Below are positions 38,873 to 50,918 of a stretch of DNA of 64,000 nt, in pieces. Where the stretch lies: assembly GCA_963838535.1 (NCBI GenBank), contig CAWIRN010000021.1, positions 379,901 to 443,900 of the forward strand. The letters run 5' to 3'. The notes under the pieces were generated by a model. That model was given only the letters and a program-made list of their open reading frames with translations, was not told where the DNA came from and did no database searches. The translations under genes and the position numbers were made by a program. Position 1 is the first letter of the stretch. Each line of letters opens with the position of its first letter. The stretch comes from an uncultured Solirubrobacterales bacterium (lineage in GTDB: Bacteria; Actinomycetota; Thermoleophilia; Solirubrobacterales; Solirubrobacteraceae).

Positions 38873-40451
38873 TTATGCGGAGGAGTGGCGGACCAGGGCG
38901 GACGGCTCCTCGGTCGCCGAGGACGGGTGCTCGACCAGCACGGCCGGTCCGGGCGGGGCAGGACCGAGCAGCGCCGTCGCGCGCGCGCCGATCTCGGCTC
39001 GTGTCAGACGCCACGGCCGGGCGAGCGAGAAGCGATCGACGAGGTAGCCGTCGACGGCGCGCGAGCTGATCAACTTCGTGCCCGCGGGCAGGGGCTTCGC
39101 GAGCCGTTGCGCCGTATTGCCGACGATGTCGAGCTCGCCGACGGTCACCGGCCCGTTGCCCGGCTGCGGAACCTGACCGGTTCCGCTCCAGGACACCCCG
39201 GGCAGATAGATCGCCAGCGGAGCGGTGGCGAACGCGCCGTCGTAGGCGACGATCGCGCGTGGGCCTGCGGACGTACCCAGAGCGGCGGCGACGCCGCCGC
39301 CAGTTGGGCCGCTGATATTGAGCGCTCGCATCGATGCGAATCCCCGCATAGACGAACGCCGCCAGCAGCACGACCGCCAGTGCGCCACCAGCGGCTCGGG
39401 CACGCGGGGCCGTGCACGCCGCGCCGAGCACCACGGCCAGCGGGATCCAGGCCGGCATCATGGCTCGCGCCTCGTAGTAGTCGTGTCCCAGCTCGGCGAG
39501 CACGAGCGGGACGAGCAGCACGGCCGCCGCCAGCGCCGCCGCCAGGCCCGCCCCGCGCAGCTGCGCGCGATCGGCGCCGATCACCAGCAGCACGATCACG
39601 CAGCCGGCCAGACCGGCCGCGCCCAGCAGCCCATAGGACACGAACGAGCTCTGATACAGCGTGCCCAGGCCGAAGGTGACCGGGACCTGCTGAACGCGGA
39701 TCGACAGCGGAAAGCCATCGATCCAGCTCGCGGGGTGCGAAGCGTGGGCGACCAGGTGCGGGATCAGGGTGGCCTCCACCACGACCATCGCCCCGACTGC
39801 GAGCAGGCACGCCCGGTCGCGGACGCGGTAGAGCAGGCCGATCGCCTCTGCCGCCACCAGGAACACCACGAAGTACTGGGTCAGCAGCGCGAGCGCAGAG
39901 AACACGGCCCACCAGACCAGGTTGCGCCGCGAGGGCCGGTGCCATACCCGCGCGAAGAACAAGACCGACGCACCGGCCAGTGCCGCGGTGAGCATGTACT
40001 CCCTGGCCTCCTGGGAGTACCAGATCATGAACGGGCTGAGCGCCGCGAAGGTGGCGGCGAGGAGGCCGGCGCGGCGTGACACGAGCTCGCGACCGCACAG
40101 ATAGGTGATCGGAATCACCGCCGTTCCCAGCAACGCCGACAGTGATCGCAGGCCCGCCTCGCCGGTTCCGAACAGCTTCGCCCACGGCCAGGCGAGCACG
40201 AAGTAGAGCGGCGGATTGGGTTCGTTGGCGCTCCACAGATGCAGCATCGCCCCGAATGACAGATGCAGCTCATGCGCCGCCTGGGCCTCGTCAAACCAAT
40301 AGCTCTGGCTCGCGAGCGTCGTGAAGCGCAGCACCGCGCCGACGATCGTCACACCGGCCAGGAGCCACGTCTCCGCCGGGATCCTCAGGGCCCACGAGGT
40401 CAGGTCATTCCGGGCCACGGAAGCAGCGCCCGTGCGGGCCGGGATGAGCAT
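38873..40451 (-). CDS. GT-C (GT39/GT83, PMT-like) glycosyltransferase, frameshift near 39300
   Basis: QSYWFDEA, NPPLYF, E..LRSLSAL.G, WYSQEAREY; many TMs. Confidence 0.87.
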
Positions 40452-40598
40452 GCGCTGTGATTGTAAAGGGCAATCAGGCCGTCACACGGGCGCTCAGCGG
40501 GCCCCGGCCGGCGACCCGAACCAGCACCCCCAGCGCAACTTCGCGCGAGCTGCGTCGTTATGGTCACTCGGTTGTCGCGGCTGGCCAGCTTCTCAGGA

Positions 40599-42220
40599 AT
40601 GTCCCGCTCGACCCGCTGGTTGGCGGGGTTCGGCGCACTGGCCCTCGTCCTCGTCGTGCTGGTGGTTGTCCTGCTGCAATCGGGTGGCGGGACCCCTCCC
40701 GCCCCCCCGCTGCCACCGTTGGCCACCCGTCCCGGGCCCGAATCGATCTTCACGCCGGGGCCGCCGCTGAAGTCCGCTCCGGCCGCCACGCTGGATCAGC
40801 TGCGCAGCCTCGGCGTTCAACGCGTGCGGGTGTTCGTGCCGTGGAACTCGCTGGCGCCCGATCCGACTTCGCGGGTGCGGCCACCCGGCTTCGACGCCGC
40901 CGATCCGGCCGCCTACCCGGCGTCAAGCTGGGCGATCTACGACACGATCGTCAAAGCCACCCAGGCGCGCGGGATGGGCGTCGACTTCACGGTCGGGCCG
41001 CCGCCGCCGCGGTGGGCCTCAGGCAAGGGGGCTCCCGATCCGAGCACACAAACCGAATGGCGGCCGTCGGCCGCCGAGTTCGGCCTGTTCATGAAGGCGA
41101 TCGGTACTCGCTACAGCGGCCATTACGTCCCCCCGGGGTCGTCCGAGCCACTGCCCCGCGTCGGCTTCTGGTCGATCTGGAACGAGCCCAACCTGGGCGT
41201 CGAACTCGCACCGCAGGCGATTCACCACTCGACCGTCGAGGTCTCCTCCGCCCTGTACCGCAACCTGCTCGACACCGCGTGGAGCGCCCTGCAGGCCACC
41301 GGTCACGGACACGACACGATCCTGATCGGCGAGGTGGCCCCGGCCGGCGCCACCGTCGGCGATGTTCCGGGGAACTTCGCCGCGATGGCTCCGCTGCGGT
41401 TCCTGCGTGCGCTGTACTGCGTTGACTCCGCCTACCGTCCGCTGCAGGGCGCCGCCGCGACCGCGCGCAAGTGTCCGAGCAACGCGGCCGGATCGGCGAT
41501 GTTTGCCCGGGCTCACCCTGGCTCTCTTCCAGGCCACGGGCTTCGCCGACCATCCCTACCCGCAGGGCCTGCCGCCGAACCAGCCGACACCGGACGAACC
41601 CGACTTCGCTGAGCTGGCCGACATCCCCAGGCTTGAGCACGTGCTGGACACCATGCAGCATGTCTATGGCTCGAGCAAGCAGTTCCCCATCTTCTCGACC
41701 GAGTTCGGGTATCAGACGACTCCGCCGGACACCGAGGCCGGCACCGTCAGCCCGGCACTCGCGGCGGAGTACCTCAACTGGTCTGAGTACCTCACGTGGC
41801 GCGATCCACGCATTCGCTCCTACGACCAGTATCTGCTGGTCGACCCGCCGCGGGGCAACTTCGCCAGCGCGCTGGAGTTCTCCGACGGCACCCCCAAGCC
41901 GGGGTTCTACGCGTATCGGATGCCGATCTATCTGCCCGTCACGGCCACCAATCGGGGCCAGCCGCTGGAGGTCTGGGGGGCCGTGCGCCCGGCGTACTAC
42001 GTCCGGCGGCGCCACGCGTGCCCGCCAGCACGTCCGGATTCAATTTCAGCCGGCCTCCGGTGGGCCGTTTCGGACGGTGAGGACGGTGCCCCTGACCAAC
42101 CGTTACGGCTACTTGGACGTGCTGCAGAGGTTTCCGTCCAGCGGGCTCGTCCGGCTCAATTGGTCATATCCCCACGGGCCCACGATCTTCAGCCGGACGG
42201 TCAAGGTCACGCTGCGCTAG
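40599..42220 (+). CDS. Secreted clan-A (GH5/GH39-like) glycoside hydrolase with C-terminal Ig-like domain, frameshifted
   Basis: WSIWNEPN (acid/base), DHPY, STEFGYQ (nucleophile), AYRMPIY; frameshifts near 41520 and 42015. Confidence 0.8.
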
Positions 42221-42322
42221 CCTCCGACCGGGGTCCCGGGGGCACGGCGGTCGTCACGCTCAAGGCCGCGCGCGGGACACGATTCGCCGCAACTTCCACC
42301 CGTCCAGGTCTGTTAGCACGTT

Positions 42323-43998
42323 ATGCCCTTCACTTCACGAGCTGCCATCCGATTTCCACGACTCTCAGGCGCCATCGCGGTCGGTGTTGCGCTCGCCGCA
42401 CTGTGCGTCCTGTCCGCGCCCACGCCGGCCGGCGCGTCGACGAGCCAGATCGCGATGATCCAGGACGGCAACCAGTTGCTGGCGAACCCCGCCGGCACGC
42501 TGCAGCGATTTCGCCTGCTCGGCGCGAGCAGCGTGCGGGTGGTGGTGTTCTGGTATCAGGTGACCAAGAATCCCGCTTCACGCAAGGTGCCGTCCGGGTT
42601 CAACGCCACCGACCCGAACGCCTACCCGGCGGCCAACTGGGCACCGTACGACGCAATCATCCGGGACGCGAAGCAGGATGGGATCACGGTTGACCTGACG
42701 GTGGCCGGAGGCGCTCCGGCCTGGGCCGTCGGCCCCGGGGTCCCACCGGGCGGGATCAAGCCGCACTATGCCTGGAAGCCGAATGCCAGGTACTACGGGC
42801 AGTTCGTGACGGCGGTGGGCAAGCGCTATAGCGGCAGCTTCAAGCCCAAGGGACAGTCCTCAGCGCTGCCGGCCGTCCACTTCTGGGCGATCTGGAACGA
42901 GCCCAACTTCGGCGAGGATCTCGGACCGCAGGCGATCAACGGCTCGACCGTGTCGATCGCCCCCTCGATGTACCGGGGCCTGGTCAACGCCGGCTGGAGC
43001 GCGCTGGCCGCGACCGGTCACGGACACGACACGATCCTGATCGGCGAGTTCGCGGCACGCGGTATCGGCCCCGGCCGGCCCAATAAGCGCGCGCCTGAGG
43101 GGTATCCGGGGAACTACGGTCAGACCACACCGCTGCAGTTCATCCGCACGCTGTACTGCGTCGACGCCTCCTTCAAGCCGCTCCGCGGTTCCTTCGCCGC
43201 GGCGCGCGGCTGCCCCACCAACGCGGCCGGCTCGCAAGCGCTTCCGCGCCTCGAACCCCGGGCTGTTCAATGCCAGCGGGGTCGGCGATCATCCCTACCC
43301 GGGCAAGCTGCCGCCGAACCAGGACGCCAGCCGCAACCCCGACTTCGCCACGTTCCCGAACATCCCCAAGCTCGCAGCGGATGCTCGACCGGGTCAACAG
43401 CATCTACGGCTCGCGCACGCACTACCCGATCTACAACGACGAGTACGGCTACATCACCCACCCGCCGGCGTCGAGCGACTGGGTCTCGCCCAGCACCGCG
43501 GCCTACTACCTCAACTGGGCCGAGTACCTCAGCTACCGCAATCCGCGCATCAAGAGCTACATGCAGTACCTGCTCAATGACCCGACTCCGGTCAAAGGAA
43601 ACGGAGGTTTCGCCAGCGGGTTGCTGACCTCGCGCGGGGTGCCGAAGCCGACCTACGCCGCCTACCGGCTGCCGCTCTACCTGCCCGTCACCTCGAGCCG
43701 CGCCGGCAGCAGCCTGGAGGTGTGGGGTGACGCGCGACCCGCCCCGTTCGCCAAGCTGGACACCGGGACCGCCCAGACCGCGCAGATCCAGTTCCAGCGT
43801 GGCTCCAAAGGCGCGTTCACGACTCTCAGCACGGTCAACATCACCAACCCGAGCGGCTACTTCGACGTCCGCGTCAAGTTCCCCGGCAGCGGCACGGTGA
43901 GGCTGGCCTGGACCTACCCCAAGACGGATCCGTTCACGCCCGTGGAGTCGCTGGGCTCGACGGTGTTCAGCCGCAACGTCCAGATCACGTTGCGGTAG
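42323..43998 (+). CDS. Paralogous secreted clan-A glycoside hydrolase, frameshifted
   Basis: WAIWNEPN, ATGHGHDTILIGE (identical in both paralogs), DHPY, NDEYGY, AYRLPLY. Confidence 0.8.
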
Positions 43999-44079
43999 GG
44001 CACCGAGGAACGGCGCGCGACGCGCACCGTTCCGAAGAACGTTGCACGAGCCCACGGCCATCGGGAATACTCTGGGGCG

Positions 44080-45528
44080 ATGCCCTCCGGCACGCCCGAG
44101 CTGATCGCCCGCCTGCGGGGAATCTGCGGCGAGGACCATGTGCTCAGCCACCCGCACGACCTGGCGACCTACCGATCCGACGGGCTCGCGCACTACCGCC
44201 AGACGCCGGTCGCCGCGGTGCTGCCCGGCACCGCGGAGCAGGTGCAGCGGGTCGTGCGAGCCTGCTACGAGGCGGGTGTCCCGTGGGTGGCGCGCGGGTC
44301 GGGCACCGGCCTGTCGGGCGGCGCATTGCCGGTGGCCGACGGCGTGCTGGTGGTGCTCTCGCGGCTGCGGCGGATCCTGTCGGTGGACCTCGATGACGGC
44401 CGCGTGGTGGTCGAACCCGGGGTCACGAACCTGTCCGTGTCCCGAGTCGTCTCCCCCACTCACTTCTATCCGCCGGATCCCTCGAGCCAGATCGTCTGCT
44501 CGATCGGAGGCAACGTCGCCGAGAACTCGGGCGGTGCGCATTGCTTCAAGTACGGCTTCACCACCAATTACGTCACCGGGCTCGAGGTCGTGCTGAGCGA
44601 CGGCACGGTCGCGCAGTTCGAACGCGACGATCCCGGCTATGACCTGCTGGGCGCGTTCGTCGGCTCGGAGGGCACGCTCGGCGTGGCCACCCGGATCGCG
44701 CTGCGCGTGATTCCGGCGCCGGAGAGCATCCGCACGATGCTGGCGTTCTTCGAGGACACCAGCCGCGCCGGCGACGCGGTGTCGGCGATCGTCAACGCCG
44801 GGATCGTGCCCGGGGCGATCGAGATGATGGACCGGCTGTCGATCCAGGCCGCTGAGCAGGCGACGGGCGCCGGCTACCGGCTCGACGCCGGCGCCGCGCT
44901 GATCGTCGAACTCGACGGCCCGCACGAGGAGTGCACCGTGCGCCTGGAACAGTTGATGGAGCTCTGCTCTCAGACCGGGGCGCTGGACGTCCGGGTGGCA
45001 TTGACCGGGGCCGAACGTGACCTGATCTGGAGGACGCGCAAGGCGGCGTTCGCGGCCATGGGACGGCTCGCCCCCGCCTATTACGTGCAAGACGGCGTGA
45101 TTCCGCGTACACGACTGTCCGAGGTGCTGCGCACCATCGACGAGCTCGCCGCGGAGTACGGACTACAGGTCGCGAACGTGTTCCACGCCGGCGACGGGAA
45201 CCTGCATCCGCTGGTGTGCTACGACTCGGCGCGGGAAGGCGAGCCCGAGCGGGCCGAGGAGCTGGCCGGGCTGATCGTCAAGGCCTGCGTCGACGCTGGC
45301 GGGTCGATCACCGGCGAGCACGGGGTCGGTGTCGACAAGAAGGCGTACATGCCGTCGATGTTCTCCGAGGCCGACCTGGAGGCGTTCCAACGCCTGCGCT
45401 GCGCATTCGACCCCCACGGGCTGGCGAACCCGGGCAAGGTGATGCCGACGCCGCGGCTGTGCGGCGAGGTGCCAGGCCCCTACCGCGAGCATCCGCTCGA
45501 GCGCGCCGGCGTCGCCGAGCGCTTTTAG
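44080..45528 (+). CDS. glcD: Glycolate oxidase FAD subunit
   Basis: RGSGTGLSGGA, PDPSSQ..CSIGGNVAENSGG.HC.KYG, HAGDGNLHP, ITGEHGVG. Confidence 0.93.
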   Translation: MPSGTPELIARLRGICGEDHVLSHPHDLATYRSDGLAHYRQTPVAAVLPGTAEQVQRVVRACYEAGVPWVARGSGTGLSGGALPVADGVLVVLSRLRRILSVDLDDGRVVVEPGVTNLSVSRVVSPTHFYPPDPSSQIVCSIGGNVAENSGGAHCFKYGFTTNYVTGLEVVLSDGTVAQFERDDPGYDLLGAFVGSEGTLGVATRIALRVIPAPESIRTMLAFFEDTSRAGDAVSAIVNAGIVPGAIEMMDRLSIQAAEQATGAGYRLDAGAALIVELDGPHEECTVRLEQLMELCSQTGALDVRVALTGAERDLIWRTRKAAFAAMGRLAPAYYVQDGVIPRTRLSEVLRTIDELAAEYGLQVANVFHAGDGNLHPLVCYDSAREGEPERAEELAGLIVKACVDAGGSITGEHGVGVDKKAYMPSMFSEADLEAFQRLRCAFDPHGLANPGKVMPTPRLCGEVPGPYREHPLERAGVAERF

Positions 45529-45530
45529 CG

Positions 45531-46677
45531 ATGGCGACCGCACTCGGGCCTGCTCCGGAGACATTCGAGGCCGCCGCAGCGACGCTGGCGGCGGCGGGCG
45601 CAGAGGGCCGTACGGTGCGCATCTGCGGAGCCGGCACGAAGGTCGGCTGGGGATTCCCCACCCCGCACCCCGACGTCGAGCTGCACACGACGGGCCTCAA
45701 CCGGATCGTCGAGCACAACGCCGGCGACCTGACGGCGGTGCTGGAGGCCGGCGTGCCGCTGGCGCAGGCGCAGCGCCCATTCGCCGCCGCGGGCCAGATG
45801 CTCGCGCTGGACCCGCCGCTGGGCCCGATTCCGCGGCCACGATCGGCGGCGTCATCGCCACCGGCGACTCGGCCCACTGCGCCACCGCTACGGCGCCCCG
45901 CGCGATCTCATCGTCGGCACCACCGTCGCGCTCAGCGACGGCACGATCGCGCGCTCAGGCGGCAAGGTGATCAAGAACGTCGCCGGCTACGACCTCGCCA
46001 AGCTGTTCGCGGGATCGTTCGGGACGCTCGGCGTGATCCTCTCGGTCAGCGTCCGCCTGCACCCGCATCCCGGTCGCGACGGCGACCGCGCTCGGTGTCA
46101 GTGCCGATCCCGAGCTGGTCGGCGTCGCGTCGGCCGCTGCTCGCGGCGGCGCCGCTCGAGTTCGAGTCCCTCGACGTCGTCCTGGCGGGACGGGCGCGGC
46201 GCGATCCTGGCCCGCTCCGGGGGAGCGGAGGCGACGCGCCGCGCCGCGCGGGCGGCCGCGCTGCTGCGCGATGCCGGGCTCGAGCAGGTCGACGCGACGA
46301 GCGACGACACGGAACTGTGGGACCGCCAGCGCGCCGAGCAGCGATCGGCGAGCGAGGCGCTCGTCCGGGTCGCCGCCGCCCCCAGGCTGCTCCCGGCGGT
46401 GCTGCGCGCCGCCGCCGGATGTGGCGGAACGCTGGTCGGCCGCGCGGCGCTGGGCTCGAGCTTCGTCACGCTCGCCCCGGACGCGGTGGCGTTGCTGCGC
46501 CAGCGCCTGCCGGCCGGGACCCGGGCGCTCGTGCTCGACGCGCCCGCTCAGACGCGCACCGAGCTCGATCCGTGGGGCAGCCCCGACGGCGCCGCCCTCG
46601 ATCTGATGCGGCGGGTCAAGGCCCGGTTTGATCCGGCCGGTACGTGCAACCCCGGGCTGTTCGTGGGCGGGATTTAG
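45531..46677 (+). CDS. glcE: Glycolate oxidase FAD-binding subunit, frameshifted
   Basis: GAGTK, AGDLT, GGKVIKNVAGYDLAKL..GSFGTLG, FDP.G..NPG. Confidence 0.85.
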
Positions 46678-46711
46678 TGATCGGCGCCGCACATACGATG
46701 GAGACCACTGA

Positions 46712-48005
46712 GTGAGCGCGTTCGACGCTCACCGGCCGCCCGAGCAATCGGTCGTCGACGACTGCGTTCACTGCGGCTTCTGCCTCGACAGCTGCCCGAC
46801 CTACGTCCTGTGGGGAGCCGAGGCCGATTCGCCGCGCGGGCGCATCGTGCTGATCGACGAGGGGCTCAAGCCCGGTGCGGAGCTCTCCGGGGAGATGGTC
46901 ACCCATTTCGATCGCTGCCTGGGCTGCATGGCCTGCGTCAGCGCGTGCCCGTCGGGCGTGCGCTACGACCGGCTGATCGAGCGCGTACGACCCCAGGTCG
47001 AGCGCCACTACGCGCGCACCCGCGGCGAGCGGGCCGTGCGCCTGCTGCTCTACGAGACGCTGCCGCACCCCAAACGGCTGCGCGCGCTGGTCCCGATGCT
47101 GGCAGCGGCGCGCAAGCTCGGCGTCGAGCGCCTCCCGGCACGCCTGTCGATCCTGGCCAAGGTGGCCCCGCGGACCTCCGTCCAGGACGCTCGCCGGTCG
47201 GTCCTACCCGAGCGTACGCCGGCGATCGGCGAGCCACGCGGGCGCGTCGGGCTGTTGCTCGGCTGCGTCCAACGAGTCTTCTACCCGCACGTCCATCGAG
47301 CGACGATCCACGCGCTGGCGGCCGAGGGGTTCGAGGTGATCGCGCCGGCGCTGCCGGACTGCTGTGGCGCGCTGGAGCTCCACGGTGGCGAGGAGGAGGC
47401 GGCGGTCGCCCGCGCCCGCGCCACGATCGCCGCGTTTGCCGCGGCCGGCGGGAGCCAGGGCCTGGACCACATTGTCGTCAACGCGGCCGGCTGCGGATCG
47501 GCGATGAAGGACTACGGCGATCTGCTCGGCACGGCCGACGCACACGCGTTCTCGGCTCGGGTCAGCGACGTCTGCGAGCTGCTGGCCTCCGTCGAGCCGA
47601 GAGCGCCGCGCGGCGCCGTTCCGCTGCGCATCGCCTACCACGACGCCTGTCACCTCGCGCACGCCCAGGGGGTGCGTGACAGCCGCGGGCGCTGCTGCAG
47701 TCGATTCCGGCGCTCGAGCTGATCGAGGTCAGGACGGAGCCTGACGTCTGCTGCGGCTCGGCCGGGATCTACAACCTGGTGCAGCCCGAGGCCGCCGCCG
47801 AGCTCGGCGCGCGCAAGGCACGCAATCTGCTCGAGACCGGGGCGCAGGCGATCGCCGCCGGCAACCCGGGCTGCGCGGCGCAGCTCGACCTGCATCTGCG
47901 CCAGCTGGGCCGTGAGCTGCCGATCTACCACCCGTCGAGCTGCTGTCGCGGTCGTTCTCCGCGGCACCGGCGACCTCATTCGGCGCCGTCGCGTCGCTAC
48001 CGTAG
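46712..48005 (+). CDS. glcF: Glycolate oxidase iron-sulfur subunit, frameshifted
   Basis: CVHCGFC...CPTY, CLGCMAC...CPSG, CCGA, YHDACHL.H.Q, CCGSAGIYN, NPGC. Confidence 0.88.
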
Positions 48006-48010
48006 GTTCG

Positions 48011-48895
48011 ATGAGCGATCGTCTCTGCCAGGCGGCGCTGCTGGCCGTGCTCATCCTCGGCGCCGGGGGCTGCGGTGCCAGCTCGTCGTCGTCCACGACA
48101 GCGAGGAGCACGACCACCGCGACCACGCAGGCGAGCACACCGACGCAGCCCAGCGGGCCGACGACCACGACGGCCCCGACGAAGACCAACCGCTCCAACG
48201 CGGCCCGTCACCGCAGCTCCACGCCCCATCGCAGCTCCGCGACACAGACGACGTCGACCACGCGCAGGACGACCACCCAGGCCAGCTCGAGCACCGCCGC
48301 GACTGCGACCACGACGGCGACGGTGCGGACCGCCCCGGCGCCGACGCCAGCCGGCACGGCAGCGGCCCCGGCGGGACTCACCCAGGCCACGGGTTACGGG
48401 ACCTACGAGCTGTGCGCGAGCGGCTGCACAGGGTCAGTCCCGGCCGCGCTGCGACGCCCGCTGCACATTCCCCACGTGGCTTCAGGGGCATCCTGCCGAG
48501 CGTCTCGGGCCAGCGGGCCGGTCAAACCGCTCGGGTCAGCGCGGGTGGCGGTCAGCCCACTTATCGGGAGCGCGTGGCGAGGCGGACGAGTGACCTGGAG
48601 CTCAGCGCCGAGCTACACCGGACCGGTTCTGATCCGGGGGCGCCAGCTCGGCGGCCCGGGCGCGGTCGGGTTCGGCGAGGGGCGCGTCCCGTACGACGAG
48701 CTACAGCTTCTGGCGCAGGGAATGAGCGCGCCCCGGGGCCCCGGTGGCGGGCGCGAATGGCTCTCGTTCACCCGCGTCCGCAGCCCCGGCTGCTACGCCT
48801 ACCAGGTGGACGGCACGAGCTTCAGCACCGTGGTCGTGTTCCGCGCGGGGGGCGAGCCCCGGCCGCCGTCGCCCTCGTGGGAATTAGGCGCTTGA
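48011..48895 (+). CDS. Hypothetical lipoprotein with long Thr/Ser linker
   Basis: Lipobox AGGC; C-terminal domain YTGPVLIRGRQL..GCYAYQVDGTSFS; TACCGT 7 nt before ATG. Confidence 0.7.
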   Translation: MSDRLCQAALLAVLILGAGGCGASSSSSTTARSTTTATTQASTPTQPSGPTTTTAPTKTNRSNAARHRSSTPHRSSATQTTSTTRRTTTQASSSTAATATTTATVRTAPAPTPAGTAAAPAGLTQATGYGTYELCASGCTGSVPAALRRPLHIPHVASGASCRASRASGPVKPLGSARVAVSPLIGSAWRGGRVTWSSAPSYTGPVLIRGRQLGGPGAVGFGEGRVPYDELQLLAQGMSAPRGPGGGREWLSFTRVRSPGCYAYQVDGTSFSTVVVFRAGGEPRPPSPSWELGA

Positions 48896-49027
48896 CAACG
48901 CCGCCACGCGCCGACGGTGCGGGGGTGGGCGGCGGCTGGCGGTGGGCGACCTCAGGGCGCTGTCGGGTCGCGTATCACGGCAATCCGGTCGGCCCCGGCG
49001 TGCAGGAGCGCGGCAGCCGGCGCCGCG

Positions 49028-50861
49028 TCAGGGCGCGTACATCGCCTCGATCTCGGCCGCGTACTTAGCCGTGATCGGCTTGCGCTTGAGCTTCATCGTG
49101 GGCGTCAGCTCGTCGCCACCGGGCAACCAGTCGCCCGGGATGATCGTGAACTTCTTGATCTGCTCGACACGCGCCAAGTGCTGGTTGGCCGCGTCGATGC
49201 CGGCCTGCACCGCCTCGATCAGCCGCGGCTCCCGCGCCAGCGCCTCGAGGGTGGCCCCGGCGATGCCCTGCTGGGCCGCCCATTGCGGCGCAAAATCGGC
49301 GTCGAGCACGATCAGCGCCGTGTTATAGGGACGCCCGTCCCCGATACACAGGGCCACGCCGATCAGCGGGCTGCCGGACTTGACGGCCGCCTCGATGTTC
49401 GCCGGCGACATGTTCTTCCCGGCGGCGTTGATGATCAGCTCCTTCTTGCGATCGACGATCGTCAAGTAGCCGTCCGCGTCGATCGTGCCGACGTCTCCGG
49501 TGTGCAGCCAGCCGTCGGCGTCGATCGCTTCGGCGCTCAGCTCGGGCGCGTTGCGATAGCCGGACATGAGGAACTTCCCGCGGCAGAGCAACTCCCCGTC
49601 GTCGGCCAACTGCAGCTCGACACCCGGCGCGGGTGGGCCGACGGTGCCGATCTTGACCGCGCCGGTCCGGTTGACCGTGCCGACGCCCGCAGGTCTCCGA
49701 CATGCCCCACAGCTCGGCCAGCTCGATCCCGAGCGCGTGGAAGAACTCGAGCACGTCGACCGGCGTCGGCGCGGCGCCGACATTGACCGCGACCGCCTGG
49801 TCGAGACCGAGCATCTGCCGCAGCGGCGAGAACATCTGCTCGTCGGCCTGCGCGACCTGTGCCTCCAGCGAATCGGGGACGGGCATCCCCTGTTGGCGGA
49901 GGCGAACGCGCTCGATCGCCGCGTGAAGCGCCTCCTGCACCGGGCGCCGTTGCTCCTCGGGCTGGCCCGCTTGCATCGCCTCGAGGCCGGCCTTCAGCTT
50001 CTCCCAGATGCGCGGAACCGCGAAGAACCAATTCGGCCGGACCTGCGGGAGGTAGGACAGAACCTCGCGCGGATTCGGGCAGCAGGTGATCGTCCCGGCG
50101 TAGATCACCGGTATGTAGTGGTGGGCCATCCGCTCGGCGATGTGTGCGGAGGGAAGCCAGGAGATGACCCGCGAGCCCGGTGCGAAGTCGATGATCTGCT
50201 CCACCGTCCCGGCGCCGAACATGATCGCCTGGTGGGACAGCTGGACTCCCTTCGGGTGCCCCGTCGTGCCCGAGGTGTAGATCAGGGTCAACACGTCATC
50301 GGGTCCCACCTCGGCCGCGGCCGCGGCGGCATCGAAGTCGGGATTGGATCCCTCGACCTCGGCCAGCGACAGCGTGCCCGCCGGCGGCTCTCCGTCCACC
50401 ACGATCACGTGCTCGAGCGCCGGCAGGCTCGCGCGCGCCTCGAGCATCACGGGCAGGAACGCCTGCTCGACGATGGCCACCCGGCACCCCGCGTCTGTGC
50501 ACAGATACTCGATCTCGGCCGGCGGATAGGTGACGTAGATGGAGAACGGCGTCGCCCCCAGGGTGACCGCGGCCAGGTCCGCGACGTGGAACTCGGGGCG
50601 GTTGCCGAGCATGATCGCCACCGTGTCGCCGCGCCGCACGCCGAGCCTGGCCAGCCCGCCGGCGAGGGCGTCGACGCGCTGCCGGAGCTCGGGCCACGTC
50701 AGGGAGACGCTGTCATCGGGGGTGCGCACGGCGACGATGCCCGGGTGGTTGGCCGCCGTGCGCCTGAGCGCCTCGGTCAGCGTCGTGGCGTCGACGGCCC
50801 GCCCCGCCGCCGTGATCGTGGGGCTCTCCATCGTGTTCTCCTCGCCGGTCGTCGAGCTCAT
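49028..50861 (-). CDS. Long-chain fatty acid--CoA ligase, frameshift near 49690
   Basis: IYTSGTTGHPKG, WGMSET, GWLHTGD.G, DRKKELII..GKN, ELTPTMKLKR. Confidence 0.93.
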
Positions 50862-50918
50862 GTGCAGCCAACGCTACCGCAGCGTCGCGCCGGCCCACAC
50901 GACCCGGAGCTAATGGAG

